A stretch of DNA of 64,000 nucleotides. Origin: Calcarisporiella thermophila CBS 279.70. Lineage: Eukaryota > Fungi > Calcarisporiellomycota. Shown piece after piece: positions 1-13,023 of this stretch. Numbering within the stretch: the stretch's first letter is position 1; each line of letters starts with the position of its first letter. The stretch covers positions 160,060-224,059 of the forward strand of contig NW_027192201.1 in the NCBI RefSeq assembly GCF_041956535.1. Direction: 5' to 3'. A model generated the notes under the pieces. The model was not told the origin of the DNA, searched no databases, and saw only the letters and a program-made list of their open reading frames with translations. The translations under genes were made by a program, and so were the position numbers.

Positions 1-1950
1 CTCGATCTGACCATATATCTTCACCTGCGCTTGCGGACTCCGATTGTTCCATTTTAATAAAATCGCCGCTCCCAGAGTTCGATGAAAACCGGCCATCGAG
101 AAAGCAATCAGCACAAATCCAAAGCCCATCAGCCCATACGCTCTGATAACGCGTCGAGGTACAGTCGGAAGAGCAAGTGGAGCAGCGATACTGCCGAATG
201 TTGCTGTTTTGAGAATGGTCATTATTAGAAAGTGGAACGCGCGTTTTTGCATCGTAGACTTGCTGGTAAAGCCTCTCCTCATCGGTTGAATGTGAATTTG
301 ATTTAGGTAGTGGGGAGTCAATCTCCACTTCAGCCTATAAATCAATTTGCAAGTTATAACAGATGAGAACACTCAATTCCTGTCAGCTCAATATTACGGT
401 CTAGCCCACCTGGAAATTTATTAACCCCCATTGCTCTAGAAATGCATGTACCCTCGAAATATTAAAGAGGTCCCCCTGGAGGTGTTTTCGACAGGTAGTA
501 AGTGTCAGGTATTGTAAAGGATCATTACGATATGTTTCAATCATATAATCGCGCCATTGTTTGTATACATCCGGGGTAAGGAATGGGGAGCGACCATTAA
601 AAAACTGTGGCAATGCGATTTTTTCCACCTCGTGCACAGCGTCCGAGCTAAACCAAGAGGCACTTGAGGGCACCACTAATTCCTGCGATATCTTGTTTTT
701 GTCACCGTTTGGCAGTTTTTCGCTCTCTGTATCAATATCCATCCGATTGACTACATTAGCACTGTCTGTTATCCTTTCAGCCTTGTTCCGTGCGTTCCAA
801 TTCTCAGAAGGCAAATTGGAAATAACCCCGTACAGAATAGGTTCATATTCATAGCGCCTGAGCCGGCTACCAGGTTTCGGGGCATCTTTTATAAGATCGA
901 CGAGCTTTACATTCTCGTGCTGGATGAGCAAAATTGCACCCTCCTCTGGTGGCGCCATCTCAGGATCCATTGCCATAGCAGGTGATACTTCAGAATCATC
1001 AAGTTGCTGCAGTTGCCATCCGATTTGATGCGATACTTGGGTTTGCTGCTCAGGTAAATCCTCTGGTCGATCCACTTCGTAGTCCTCCTCATTCATCCAC
1101 TCGTTGAAACGATAACTGTCACGGACCCAGCGCAAACCGACGTACCATGCACCCTGGTGGTCTGGCGGGGGCTCCGGATCGGCAAAGCTGCCGGACTCTG
1201 GAAGCCACTCATCGTAGGAATCTGGATAGTACCACCAATGCACAAGCACCTTCCCGTCCTTCTTCTCTAATGTGCGTAACCATTCTTCGTCGTTTTGCGC
1301 ACTCTCTTCGTCATCAGGGCAAATTACATGGGTTGCTCGGTCATAATTTCTTGTTACATGTGCTAAAAATTAAGAATCTTAGTACCTCACAGATACCTCA
1401 AAGCCTTTATCTTATGAAACAAACCTCCCATCCTTTCCAAATATTCTATGAGAGTTTGCTGCTCATCTTCAGCAATCCAAGAAGTCAAGAACACCTTCGG
1501 TACTCGTATTAGACCGATATCCACAAGTGCCTCATGAATGTATAGAATAAGCTCAACATTTTTCTCGCGCTTCGATCCCTCCGTGCTTAAATCGAATCGC
1601 CGCCACTTGTTGAGTATCCGAAATTGATAAGCTGCTTTTAGTATATGAAAGAGTGCGCTGTTCGTCACATTTTCATTCTCCTCGTCCTCAAGTTTGAACA
1701 ACTTGGCAGGGATACGAACCGGATGCAGATCAGAAGATAAGGATCGTGACACATTAATTCCGAGGGCATCCTCCTGAAATTGTTGCAAGGCAGCACTAAG
1801 AGCAGCTAGATCTCGCGCCGTAATATTAAAATCGGCCTCCCGCGTGAACTCTTGCTGTAGAGCCTCGCGAAGTGGCTCGAATTTTGCGATGACCGATGGG
1901 CGCTCGTAGTACTTGGCGTCAACCCCACCAGTTTTGCGCCTGGTTGCCAT
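1..1950 (-). CDS. SMARCC: SWI/SNF-RSC core subunit, SMARCC1/2 (BAF155/170)/SWI3 family; 3' part continues beyond window start
   Basis: ATG 1950. Exons ~1950-1425, 1362-410 and 334-<1, joined by GT-AG introns. N-terminal SMARCC module and chromo-like segment (EEWLRTLEKKDGKVLVHWWYYPDSYDEW, WVRDSYRFNEWMNEEDYE). SWIRM domain (VPSSASWF...LPQFF...RVHAFLEQWGLINFQ). ZZ-type finger (CSTC..C..RY...ICADCF..GRF). Confidence 0.92.
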
Positions 1951-2248
1951 GAACAACCCCGCAGGACTACGTGTATCTTAATTTATATGAGTGATTGGCA
2001 GAAAAGAAGAAAGGGATTTACAAAATGTATCGATAGATCTGCCCTTTCTACTTCCTCCAATTCACAAAATATATAACTTTGGAATTGAAAGCATGATGGG
2101 TGGCTTAGGGCATCCCTTTTTAATAAGGAACTAAAATCTTCTCTGACCAGTAACTATCCCGGTTAGATCCCTTCGCTCCTCCTTCATCATTGTTATGTGA
2201 CAAGGAAGAGACTGCTAAGAGCACGCGTTTTTTCACCACCTTCTCATC

Positions 2249-5200
2249 ATGTTCTTAGATCACCTGTCGGGACTCCTCCAGCATGATCCCGGTAATTAGA
2301 CGGATTCGGTATATAAATAGAATTGCCACCTAACGTGTCATACATTCAATCAAGATTCCAATATCCTTGCCATTCTCCCACATTCTGTGAGGCGCACGTT
2401 GGTTGCGGAGATAACTGGCTTTCTTTGCCCGAGCTCGGGCCCACCCCCTTCCTCTCTTCTCTCCTCGCCGGCTCACGTGTCATGGTTTTTCGAGATCATT
2501 GCGCAGGGTTTAAATCTTCCTCTTGAGGATATGAACATCACCTCCGATGACGTTACTATCTATTCAACTTGGCTGCTTGATGCTCAAAGCCGACCTCTGG
2601 CTGTACAAAAGCAGGCTGGAACTGAAGGCGAGCAAATTTTTTTACGGGCAAGCCATTCCAATAATAGCTCCTTTCCAAGTGTTAATACTTATCTCTTCTT
2701 TTTTTTTCAAACAAAAGACAATTTTCAGACATTTGTCGCTTCTTTTCCAGCCACGATTTGATTATGCCTCTAGAAACCCCGCCCTACGTGACGGGACTGG
2801 TGCGCTTATCCAAAGGCATATAGAACTCTGCAAGAAGGTATTATCGGTTTTAGCCATGGCCAGCCGTACCATCAGCTCAAATTTTTCAGAGGAAACGTGG
2901 CTTGTCCTGCTAAAAGTGGTTATGGGAACTACCGATTACCTGCTGAAGGCTCCTGTTTCCCTAGATTCGACGAAGCAACCACCAATACCTCTTGGAATGG
3001 GAGATCAGCTGTGTGAACATTTATTAAGGGTGAGTTGACCCAGAAGAGAGTTGGCGGATACGCCGAGATTATAATTTCCCAACCAATTAATTTAATAGGT
3101 CTTGTTTGAACTCTGGCTTCGCTCGAAAGTAACTTGTAACGAACTCTGGGATACCCTCAAGGTAAATATACGCTTAGCCCGAATGCTTCCTCGTCGTCTA
3201 AATTAAAAATATACTTTAGCAATGCTTTAGTAGATGGGTTCATCGCCCCCAAGTTATCCAGCAATGGGTTGCAACATGTCTGGCGTTGACACAACGCGTA
3301 ATCCGGCTTCTCTATGGTAGCCCTGAAGGAACTGAGAGCATCAACATTGTAACGAGTGGTTTGAACGTAGGCCTAGATCTCCCTAATGACTTTATTTTCT
3401 TTGCATGGCACCGTATTATCTATCTCGTGGACGACCCTTGTCAGCTCCCTAATAATTTTAGCCTTGCAATCTTGGGAATAAGCCAGCTTGTCGATGCTTT
3501 TCACGCAATTGGACACAATGGTTCCTCCGGGTCTGTCGGGGGGAGAAAGAACAAGGCAACTGTTCCCGACGGGAACACTATCTTGGACATGTTTGGAGAT
3601 TGGCTTTTTAACGCATGCACAATGCCTTGTAATGAAAACACTCGCGAGGGTATTGCTGAGGCATATGGCTGCCTATGTCGGATATTTTCACGGCCACAGC
3701 ATCGACAACCATTCCACCGAGAATACCTGGAGCGTTTTTATAGCATTTTGATCCCAGGCCTCCGCCTTGACGTCGCTCTCCCCACCATCTTAACAAATAC
3801 CTCGGATTTATTTGCCACAGAACTTGCAGGAGTAAGGATGTTAGTGCCGGACTTTGTCGTCGGCCTGAAACACGTCCTGCCCCGGCTAGCCCCTAAATTC
3901 CAATGCTCTCCAAGAATAAACCTGGATGATCTGCATCTGGCTGCGTTACGAGTGTGTTCAACTCTTATTTCGCTTCCAAACCATTTTAGCCAAGTAAATT
4001 TGAGAGAAGAGTGGAACCAAGGGCTAACATCGACGAGCAACGAGGACGCTGAAGAGATCGCCATTACTCAGGTACCATACCACTTTCACATATACATTAT
4101 TTTAGCCATCATTAACCCCCTTTTCTCCCTGTTTGTAGATTAGAGTGCTATACTCAGAAGTCAGCAACACCTCCAGATCCTTTTCACAAGTAAGTTAACA
4201 AACCTTCTAATATTCATTCTCCACGCTAATGACCCCACACATCCTGTACTCTAGTTAAAATACCATTTAATTGAAATGCTATTGACGTCGCTAAAGACTG
4301 AAACCTCTGCCTCCAATTTGCAGTTTCTGCTGAAACTGATTAATGTTTATGTGATCGAGGATATTGATTTCTGTCCCGGTTTGGTGGGTCCTGTGGTGAA
4401 ATTAGTACAAGAAAAGGTAAGATAAATAAAAAATAAAAAGAGCCTATGTATTCAAGATAGCTGACTAGAATCCAATCTAATAGATTTTGATGATGCATTG
4501 GCCAAACAATGTCACTCTTACTGCCTTTGATATGTTAATAGCTTTTGTATGTTTATATGACCATGTAAAGGAGGAAAGCAAGGTAAAAAAATTTATACAC
4601 TTTACTATTGGTGAAAATTTCCAATATCCATCCACTTGACTTTTTCCTTTTCAATTATAAAGAATTGCCCTCGTGAATTAGTTTTATCGCTTTGTCGCTA
4701 TGTCGACAATTTAATGTCTGCCGGAAACTTTGTAAGGAATATGACTATATAGCTTAAACTGCGATCTATTCGGCCCGACTTAATATCATCGTTTTCATAC
4801 TTGATAGGGCCAGACTTACAAACTCATTATTCGCGCATATGAGTGTGTAATTCGATGGATACTTATTGGCCAATGGATTGTCGACGATAATGATTGTCTT
4901 CAGACGGTGGTCTCAAGCTTATGCCGCGGAATTACTTTGTATGAACGTGAAGTAGCAAGTGCACAGAGCGAAGCTTCCTCTGACCGAGGCAAAAAGCCGC
5001 GAAATCAGCCTGCCTTCCTACCCGCCAATAAGCTATTCATTCGTGCTCAACGGAATCCTCCCCCCGAATCATCCTCAAAGCCAGCCGCCTCCGCCTCTAC
5101 TCGATACAAAAAAGAACTCCTTGCGATTAAATCCGCAGCCGAGATATGCCTTGCACGGTTTGCGAATCAACTAGGAAAATCCCCACTATTGCACGAGAAA

Positions 5201-6880
5201 TGGAACGATTTGGAGGTGGCGCGACGAATATGTGAAAAACGGCAAAAGGAGCGAGAGAAAGAGGCCAGGGAGATGATACACTATTTCCTGCTGGATGATC
5301 GGATCATTGTTGGCCTTGCGGAAACGCACCACTCGGAAACCCCCGAGGTTGTGATGGTGGTGAGGGACATATTGGGCCGATATTCCTGGCGAATTCAAAT
5401 GCAGTACTTTGATTATTCAACCTCCTCCTCAATCGCTTCAACTGCCAATGCATCCATTGCCCATTTCCCTTCTCCTCTACAGCCCTCGTTACCGTCGACG
5501 TCCTCCTCGTCCATGCACGATATCCCGCATCTGATTACAAAAGCCCTTGCCAAGGTTGTAGCGGTCAACGAGGATTCGATCCCGGATATCTGGCAGATTT
5601 TGGCCGTGGATAAGGAGACAACCGAAAATAGGCAACCATCTCAACCCAAGATATCCTTTAGTGAGGCAAAGATCATGACCGAAAAACAGCGACTCGCAGA
5701 AGAAGAACGCGTAGCAGAGTTGAAGAAAAACCCGCAAGATATCAAATATCATGCTGTACCCTACTTTCCCCCTCCGGACACGAATAGGTAATTTAGACAG
5801 ATCCTTTGGCATAACTGCGGTGAAGCTGAGCTGAGTACCCTGTGTTTTTCATTAGTCCCCATGCATTCCGACTTTTTATGTCGCAGATGGGATTTTTCTC
5901 GTTAGAAAACTGGAAGCATGTCCTACCCTTACCCCTAACAGAAACTTTAATCGGCGACCTAGATGCGCTGGATAGTATTTCAGAGTAAGCACTCAATTCT
6001 CATTTCTGGACACTCTAGACCGATGCTCAATCCTCTCTTTACTCCATATTTGATCAGACGCGAACGAATGATGATTCCGATTTATTTCGCCATCTCTGGA
6101 GACGCGACACTCGAAGATATGCTTTCTGAGAAAATGAGCTTGAGTGAAGAATTCATCCAATTTGTATTTAGTCTTGGTTGGCCTGTAAGTTTTGCCCTCT
6201 CTCCAGTTTCATTTCTAAAAACCACTCAAAATACGACTTGATGCCTGGATAGATTGACGTTGCTAAGCATTTTGGTGCCTCCTCTTCTGCCGTTGCACCC
6301 TATTACGCCGATCGGGATGTTGAGGTCATCTTTCGGGTACCCTACCTGGACGACCATTTCCGAAAGCCGTATGAAGCGGAGCACGTCAGCGTGATTTGGG
6401 TAGAAGATTTACGAGGTTATTCTCAATTGGTCAAGCAAGTTGGCACCGATATAGGTCTGGTAGTGAACCCTCTGAGAGGATGCGCCAAAAACCTCTACCG
6501 TATAAAGGTGATGACCCAAAGGATGGAGGAAAATCAAGTAAGAACCCTTGTCTTTGTTGATCAGAGAATACAGTGATTCATATTAGATGTGTTTAGGCTT
6601 TTGGCCCTCTGATGGACGGCATGATCGTTAGCATGCATGTGTTGAGTATGCTGATCCGAATCACGTCGATTTCTGCTCACCAACACTGCGCAGATGGCCC
6701 TCGCCCCTTCGAGCAACGACAAAAGCAGATTTTGCAGATCTTGGAGAAGTATAAAAATCGGAACATGCGTGTATCTGAGTAAGCTATTTTTTTCGGTCCC
6801 TCTCTGTCCCCCCACCGAGCTAACCACGTTTGATCAACTTTGCTAGGTTTTATACACACCTATTTACTAATGACAAGTAA
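2249..6880 (+). CDS. RALGAPB: Ral GTPase-activating protein beta subunit homolog (multi-exon)
   Basis: ATG 2249 (MFLDHLSGLLQHDP), stop TAA 6878-6880 after EFYTHLFTNDK. Ordered motifs recalled from RALGAPB: WFFEIIAQGLNLPLE, HLSLLFQPR, LFELWL, HRPQVIQQW...LTQRVIRLLYG, NTILDMFGDWLFNAC, AEAYGCLCRIF, FGPLMDGMIVS. Many short GT-AG introns. Confidence 0.85.
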
Positions 6881-7087
6881 TGCAATCTCTTTGTTTCCAT
6901 TGTGTTATATACCACTCTTATTTTATTGTAATAATAGTAGTAAGTGAAAATAAAGAGATGTCTTGTATTTAAAGTTATGAAGGAAAACAAACAAATGAAA
7001 AAAGTTAAACCATGTACATATTAAAACATCGTAAAAAAATAGTAGTTTTTTTCCTCTAAGCAAAAACAGTACCCCGATCCCCGCGCG

Positions 7088-9321
7088 CTAGTCCGCGCTT
7101 GCAATTGCCTCTCTCCCGACATAGGTGTTGACGATGGGCCCGCCAAATCCTGCGTCATTGACCCGCGTATTCCCGAGCAGAGAGGAGCGACGGTAGGTTC
7201 GCTCTCGTTCTCTCTCCTGCACCATTCTATCGTAGCTTGTGGCGGGGGGCCGAACATCCATGTCCTCGTCCTCCTCAACCTCCTCCTCCTCGTCATCGTG
7301 AGGCACTTCATGCATTTGAACGGAGGGGGCAAAAGGCATATGGCGCAGATTCTCGGTGATTTTCTCCCTAGAAACCAGGAAAATCCAGAAACCTATGTAT
7401 ACTAAGATGCAAATGCTGGATACTTACACAAGCTGTTCAATGTAAGCTCGGCTGTTCTGATTTTCCATGTTATTTGATCGAACATCTAACTTAAACTCGG
7501 GGCCGTAGTATTCAAAATAGCTATTGAAAGGTATATCTAACATAGCAATCAAACAAAAAAAAAATCGGCTAGTTAGCAAGGATGCCTCAATTTGACCCTC
7601 GGCTAAGCTCTCTACCTGCAGACAACCGCTCTCCCACAAGCAGCCCCGTCTCATACGTCCAAGCTCTCGCTACATTCCTAACTGTGTAGCCGCCGCCGCC
7701 CACGACCAGCAAAGGAATGTTAAAACTCTTGACAAACTCTATACAAGCAGCATGGCCTATCCCAACGAAAATTATACAGATGTGTATCGTTAGTGGAAGG
7801 TGGAGGCTAGAGCTATCCCAGGGCTACCTTTCATAGAAAGATTGAAGCACCCTAATCTATCGCCTGCCAACGAATCCGCACCACACTGCAATACAATCGC
7901 ACCTGGTCTGTACCACTCCATAATCCGTGATATCACCTGGCAGAGAAAGAAATAAAGGTGAACCATTGCACTCGAATCCTAAACACTGTCAAAGATAAAC
8001 ACACCGGCTGAAATACGGTCTTATAGGTATCATCGTCAATGCCATCTCGCAGTGGCACATTCACCGCATAATATTTGCCCTTCTTTATACCCACATCCTA
8101 CCAGGATAAAGATCATATAAGAACCAAAAACTCGGCCCAATAGTTAGAGTCAGCTCTCCATACCGGCAGGTCACCTGTACCGGGGAAAAACATGCCGAAC
8201 TTATGAAAAGAGCAAGTGAGCACGCGATCGGTCGAATAAAAAGCTTCTTCCACACCATCTCCATGGTGGATATCAATGTCAATATAGAGAACCCGTTGGT
8301 GGTATCTGAAACATGTAAAGGAAAACAGAAACGATATTTTCAATGTGTAGAGTTAGCGTTGCACCAATGTCTCGATGCACTCTAAGTCGAGCTTACCTTA
8401 ATAGCTCGAGAATGGCTAGAACAATGTCATTTACATAGCAAAATCCGGAAGCCTCCATTTTCTTTGCATGATGCAGCCCACCTCCCCAGTTAATTGCAAT
8501 GTCTGTACTGCCCTGATTTAATCTCTTGGCTCCACCTAATAAAGCGATCACTAGTGAGATTCTTCTCCGCTAAATACAAACATCATCCACACTTACAAAT
8601 GGAACCACCGCTATAAATGGTGCAAAATTCAAATAACCCATCAAATACTGGACAATCTTCTCCAACATTAACTATAGCGACAATGTGCGGGGAAAAAAAA
8701 TGAAAATGAGAAATTTCCCAATAAGCATGGCTAAGTAATGAAGACATTACAGTATTGAGATGCTTGCAACCAGGTATCCTGCTTTTTTGAGTCGGGTGTA
8801 ATTCTCTGAAGGAAATTGATATATTCATCGGTGTGGAATTTGGTCATTTGCTGCTTTGTTGTTCGAGTGGGTGTCTATGAGAATAGGTCAGGCCATGGGT
8901 CAAAATGTTTTCAACCAGTGAAAATCGCAAAAAACCAATAATACCAGAACTTCCATCTTGTTGTGTAGCTGATAGGTCACCACCAAGTCGTGTACCATAC
9001 GAATCCGAAATGGTTTCATTGGATGTCCTACATTACAAGAGAAATGCAAGTTAATATTCATCGGAGAACTTTTAAGAATCAAGATGGATTAACCTGGTGA
9101 ATACTGGAAATCGCCAATGTCATCTTCGCGGTGCATTGTTGGAAACAGGTAAATTAATTGGAAAATAGATCATTAGTATCTGATGCAGGAGGATTCAAAA
9201 TGGCCAAATCTGGGCCGCCGCTTTGGCTGAAACGAGGGCGAAGATACTTACTATCGTAGTAGTAGCACACCCTCCTGTTAGTACTGTTGAAAAGACTGAT
9301 AGAGTTGGAATCTTCGTTCAT
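7088..9321 (-). CDS. RPD3: Class I histone deacetylase, Rpd3/HDAC1 type (many introns)
   Basis: ATG 9321 ([23 protein letters not shown]). Motifs [87 protein letters not shown]. Acidic C-terminal tail ending at 7088. Confidence 0.95.
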
Positions 9322-9717
9322 ATTGGGTGATTGATCTCCCTAGGAAGTATTAACGTGTACTGGAGTAGCTAAAGTAAAGAAAGAGCGGTGTTTGAAAATC
9401 ATGACGTTACAGTTGTGACTATCCCACCGAATGCAGTCACACAAGTCAAACATTGATAAGCTTCACATGTCGTTTGTGTACGGAAACGTGAAAATACAGC
9501 CTCGAAGAAATTGGCGGCCGCTCTTCCCTCTACGACCCCCTCCCCCTCTCCCTCCTTGGAGACATTGGGGCGAGGGCGAGATCCGACTGCGCGGGGGATG
9601 CGGGGGCGCGGTGCAAGCGATGCGTTGGGGAATGCTGCGCAGAGAACGCGGCATTTTGGAGGAGGCAGGCGCTGAGGGAATGCTTTGAGTCATTTTATAC
9701 GAGCTCCGTCTACGGCC

Positions 9718-9802
9718 GAAGGGCCATGTAAAAATCTGGTGTCGGCCCTCGACTTCTGGCCCATGGCAGTGAAGGGCCACGAAAAAATTTGGTGTCGGCC
9801 CT
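9718..9802. repeat. Imperfect 32-bp direct repeat (2 copies) in the RPD3/ACO1 divergent promoter
   Basis: 9718-9749 GAAGGGCCATGTAAAAATCTGGTGTCGGCCCT and 9771-9802 GAAGGGCCACGAAAAAATTTGGTGTCGGCCCT (29/32 identical). Each copy is bounded by inverted AGGGCC/GGCCCT. Confidence 0.85.
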
Positions 9803-9876
9803 TTTTTTAAGCGCTCAACTGGTCCGCAGTCAAATTTTTTCGCGGGCTGCAATTTTTCTTCACATAAACATCTCCG

Positions 9877-9886
9877 TATATATAAA
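9877..9886 (+). promoter_or_regulatory. TATA box of ACO1
   Basis: TATATATAAA about 120 nt upstream of ATG 10005, followed by a pyrimidine-rich tract typical of fungal initiation regions. Confidence 0.6.
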
Positions 9887-10004
9887 TTGACGCGCACTTT
9901 CAAACGCCTCTTTCTCCCCCCCGTCGTATTTTCCTACTCTTTTCTTCCTCTCCTCCTAATACATTCCTCCCCACTCTGGAACGACATAACTCCCGCTGCT
10001 AATC

Positions 10005-12657
10005 ATGATGCCCACTACTTTCACGAGGGTAGCTAAGGTTGGTGTGCCCCCCCTCCTCCCAAACAATGGCTCTGTGCAATGGTAACCTTTTATTTACCCC
10101 CTCTCTTCAACAGACCCTTGGCCCTGCGGTCTACAGCCGTATCTCCTCCCGCACGTTCGCTCAGACGGTGGGTGGTTCAGCACAGGTTCCCATGTCTAAT
10201 TTCGAGAAAGACAAGTACATTAACTACAAGCGCATTGAGGACAACCTTGCCATTGTCAAGAAGAGGTGAGGCATTCGAGGGTGATTTTTTTCCATTGCAG
10301 CATGAATTGAATTCTCCTTCCACGAAATTCATAGGTTAAACCGCCCCCTCACACTTTCAGAGAAGATTGTGTACGGACATTTGGATGACGCCCACAACCA
10401 AGACATTGAACGCGGAAAGTCCTACCTCAAGCTTCGTCCCGACCGAGTTGCATGCCAGGACGCTACGGCCCAGATGGCCCTTCTCCAATTCATGTCTGCA
10501 GGACTCCCCTCGGTTGCCGTCCCCACCACTGTGCACTGCGACCACTTGATTGAGGCCCAGGTTGGAAGCAGCCGCGATCTTGCGCGTGCTATCGATATCA
10601 ACAAGGAGGTGTACGATTTCCTGGCGACCTCGTGCGCCAAGTATGGAATCGGCTTCTGGAAGCCTGGATCGGGTATTATCCACCAGATCATCCTTGAGAA
10701 CTATGCCTTCCCCGGTGGTCTCATGATTGGTACCGACTCCCACACCCCCAATGCCGGTGGCCTTGGTATGGTGGCGGTGGGTGTTGGTGGTGCTGACGCG
10801 GTCGACGTGATGGCAGACATTCCTTGGGAGCTCAAGTGCCCTAAGGCCATTGGCGTCAAGTTGACCGGAAAGCTCTCCGGCTGGACTGCTCCTAAGGGTA
10901 AGTGATTTGGCCATGGCTAGCGTCGTCATGGAGGATGCTGATGGGCGCTTTTTATTAGACGTTATCCTGAAGGTGGCCGGTATTCTTACTGTCAAGGGTG
11001 GCACGGGTGCCATCGTTGAATACTTCGGTCCGGGTGTCGATTCGATCTCCTGCACCGGTATGGCTACCATCTGTAACATGGGTGCTGAGATCGGAGCCAC
11101 CACCTCGCTCTTCCCCTACAACAAGCGCATGGGCGACTACCTTCGCGCCACGAAGCGCCCCGAGATTGCTGCGTTCTCGGAGACCTTTGCCCACAACCTT
11201 CGCGCGGATGAGGGTGCCGAATACGATCAATTGATCGAGATCAATCTCTCGGAGCTCGAGCCCCACATCAACGGCCCATTCACCCCCGATCTGGCGACCC
11301 CTCTCAGCAAGTTCAAGAGTGCCGTGGAGAAGAACGACTGGCCAGCCGAGCTCAAGGTTGGACTGATCGGCTCGTGCACGGTGAGTGGCTATTGACCACG
11401 GAGTTCCCCCCAAGGTCCCTTTGGTCACTAACGTTAGGAAACTTGCCCCCCCCCCCCCTCCACCTGTAGAACTCGTCCTATGAGGATCTCTCCCGCTCCG
11501 CCAACATTGTCAGGCAGGCCCTCGACCGCGGACTCAAGGTCAAGTCGCAGTTCACCGTCACTCCCGGATCGGAGCAGGTGCGTGCCACGATCGAGCGCGA
11601 CGGCCAGCTCGAGACCTTCGAGAAGGCCGGCGGCATTGTGCTCGCAAACGCATGCGGCCCCTGCATCGGACAGTGGGACCGCCGCGACGTGAAGAAGGGC
11701 GAGAAGAACTCCATCATCACCTCCTACAACCGCAACTTCACTGGCCGTAATGACGCTAACCCCGCCACCCATGCCTTTGTCGCATCGCCCGACATCGTCA
11801 CCGCAATGGCCTTCTCGGGTGACCTCCGCTTCAATCCCCTGACGGACACCCTCATCGGCGCCGATGGCAAGCCATTCCGGTTCGAGGAGCCCACCGGAGA
11901 GGAACTTCCTCCCCGTGGCTTCGACCCCGGCCAGGACACCTACCAAGCGCCCCCCCAGGACCGCTCGTCGGTGCAGGTGGCCGTGTCCCCCACCTCCAAC
12001 CGTCTCCAGCTGCTCCAGCCCTTCGCCAAGTGGGACGGCAAGGACCCCAGCGACCTGCCTGTCCTGATCAAGGTCAAGGGCAAGTGCACCACCGACCACA
12101 TCTCCATGGCCGGCCCGTGGCTTAAGTACCGTGGCCATCTGGACAACATCAGCAACAATATGCTCATCGGTGCGGTGAACATCGAGAACGACGAGGCCAA
12201 CAAGATCAGGAACGTGTTCACGGGCGAGTATGGCGCCGTTCCCGCCGTGGCCCGTGACTACAAGAAGCGCGGGGTGCAGTGGGTCGTGATCGGCGACGAC
12301 AACTACGGTGAGGGCTCCTCTCGCGAGCATGCCGCCCTTGAGGTCCGTCACCTTGGCGGCATTGCCGTGGTCACCAAGTCATTTGCCCGTATCCACGAGA
12401 CCAACCTGAAGAAGCAGGGTGTGCTCCCGCTGACCTTTGCCAACCCGGCCGACTACGACAAGGTGGACCCCACCGACCGCGTGTCCGTGGTGGGACTGAA
12501 CGAGTTCGCCGAGGGCAAGCCGCTCACCCTCCGACTCAAGAAGCAGGATGGCCGCACCGTGGACATCCCCGTCAACCACACCATCAACAAGGGGCAGTTT
12601 GAGTGGTTCAAGGCCGGCAGCGCGCTCAACGCCATGGCCGAGAAGAACAAGGCATAA
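10005..12657 (+). CDS. ACO1: Mitochondrial aconitate hydratase
   Basis: Exons ~10005-10037, 10114-10265, 10335-10897, 10959-11380, 11470-12657. Basic/hydroxylated presequence. Motifs [71 protein letters not shown]. Confidence 0.98.
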
Positions 12658-13023
12658 ATATAGAGGGATTGAGAGTGGGAAGCAAGAAGGAAGGAAAGAA
12701 AGAAGAAAAAAAAGATATAATGTTTCATTTTTATATTATTCAGTGATATAGTTGTTGTATTATTTTCTCTTTAATTGTGAGTAGTTTGCATTCATTCGAT
12801 TCTCCTTTTTCTTTTTTTTTCTTTCGTATGGTAATAATATATAGGTTGAGGTATGATGTAATGTAGAGCGAGGGTTTCGGGAAGAAGGCTGATTGATATT
12901 GGGCAAAAAGATACATTTACTCTCATTCCGTAATATACATCGAACACTAAAAGAACAAGTCCGGGAATGACACTAGAAAGACAAACAAATCTACTCGGCA
13001 CCGAAAGCGCGCGCGCCCATCCT

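Noticed and set aside
10357-12351. Long antisense ORFs opposite ACO1 (248, 157 and 305 aa), and similar ones opposite the RlpA-like gene, QCR1 and the Zn2Cys6 gene
   Set aside because: Shadow ORFs produced by strong C/G-ending codon bias on the coding strand; no recognisable motifs.
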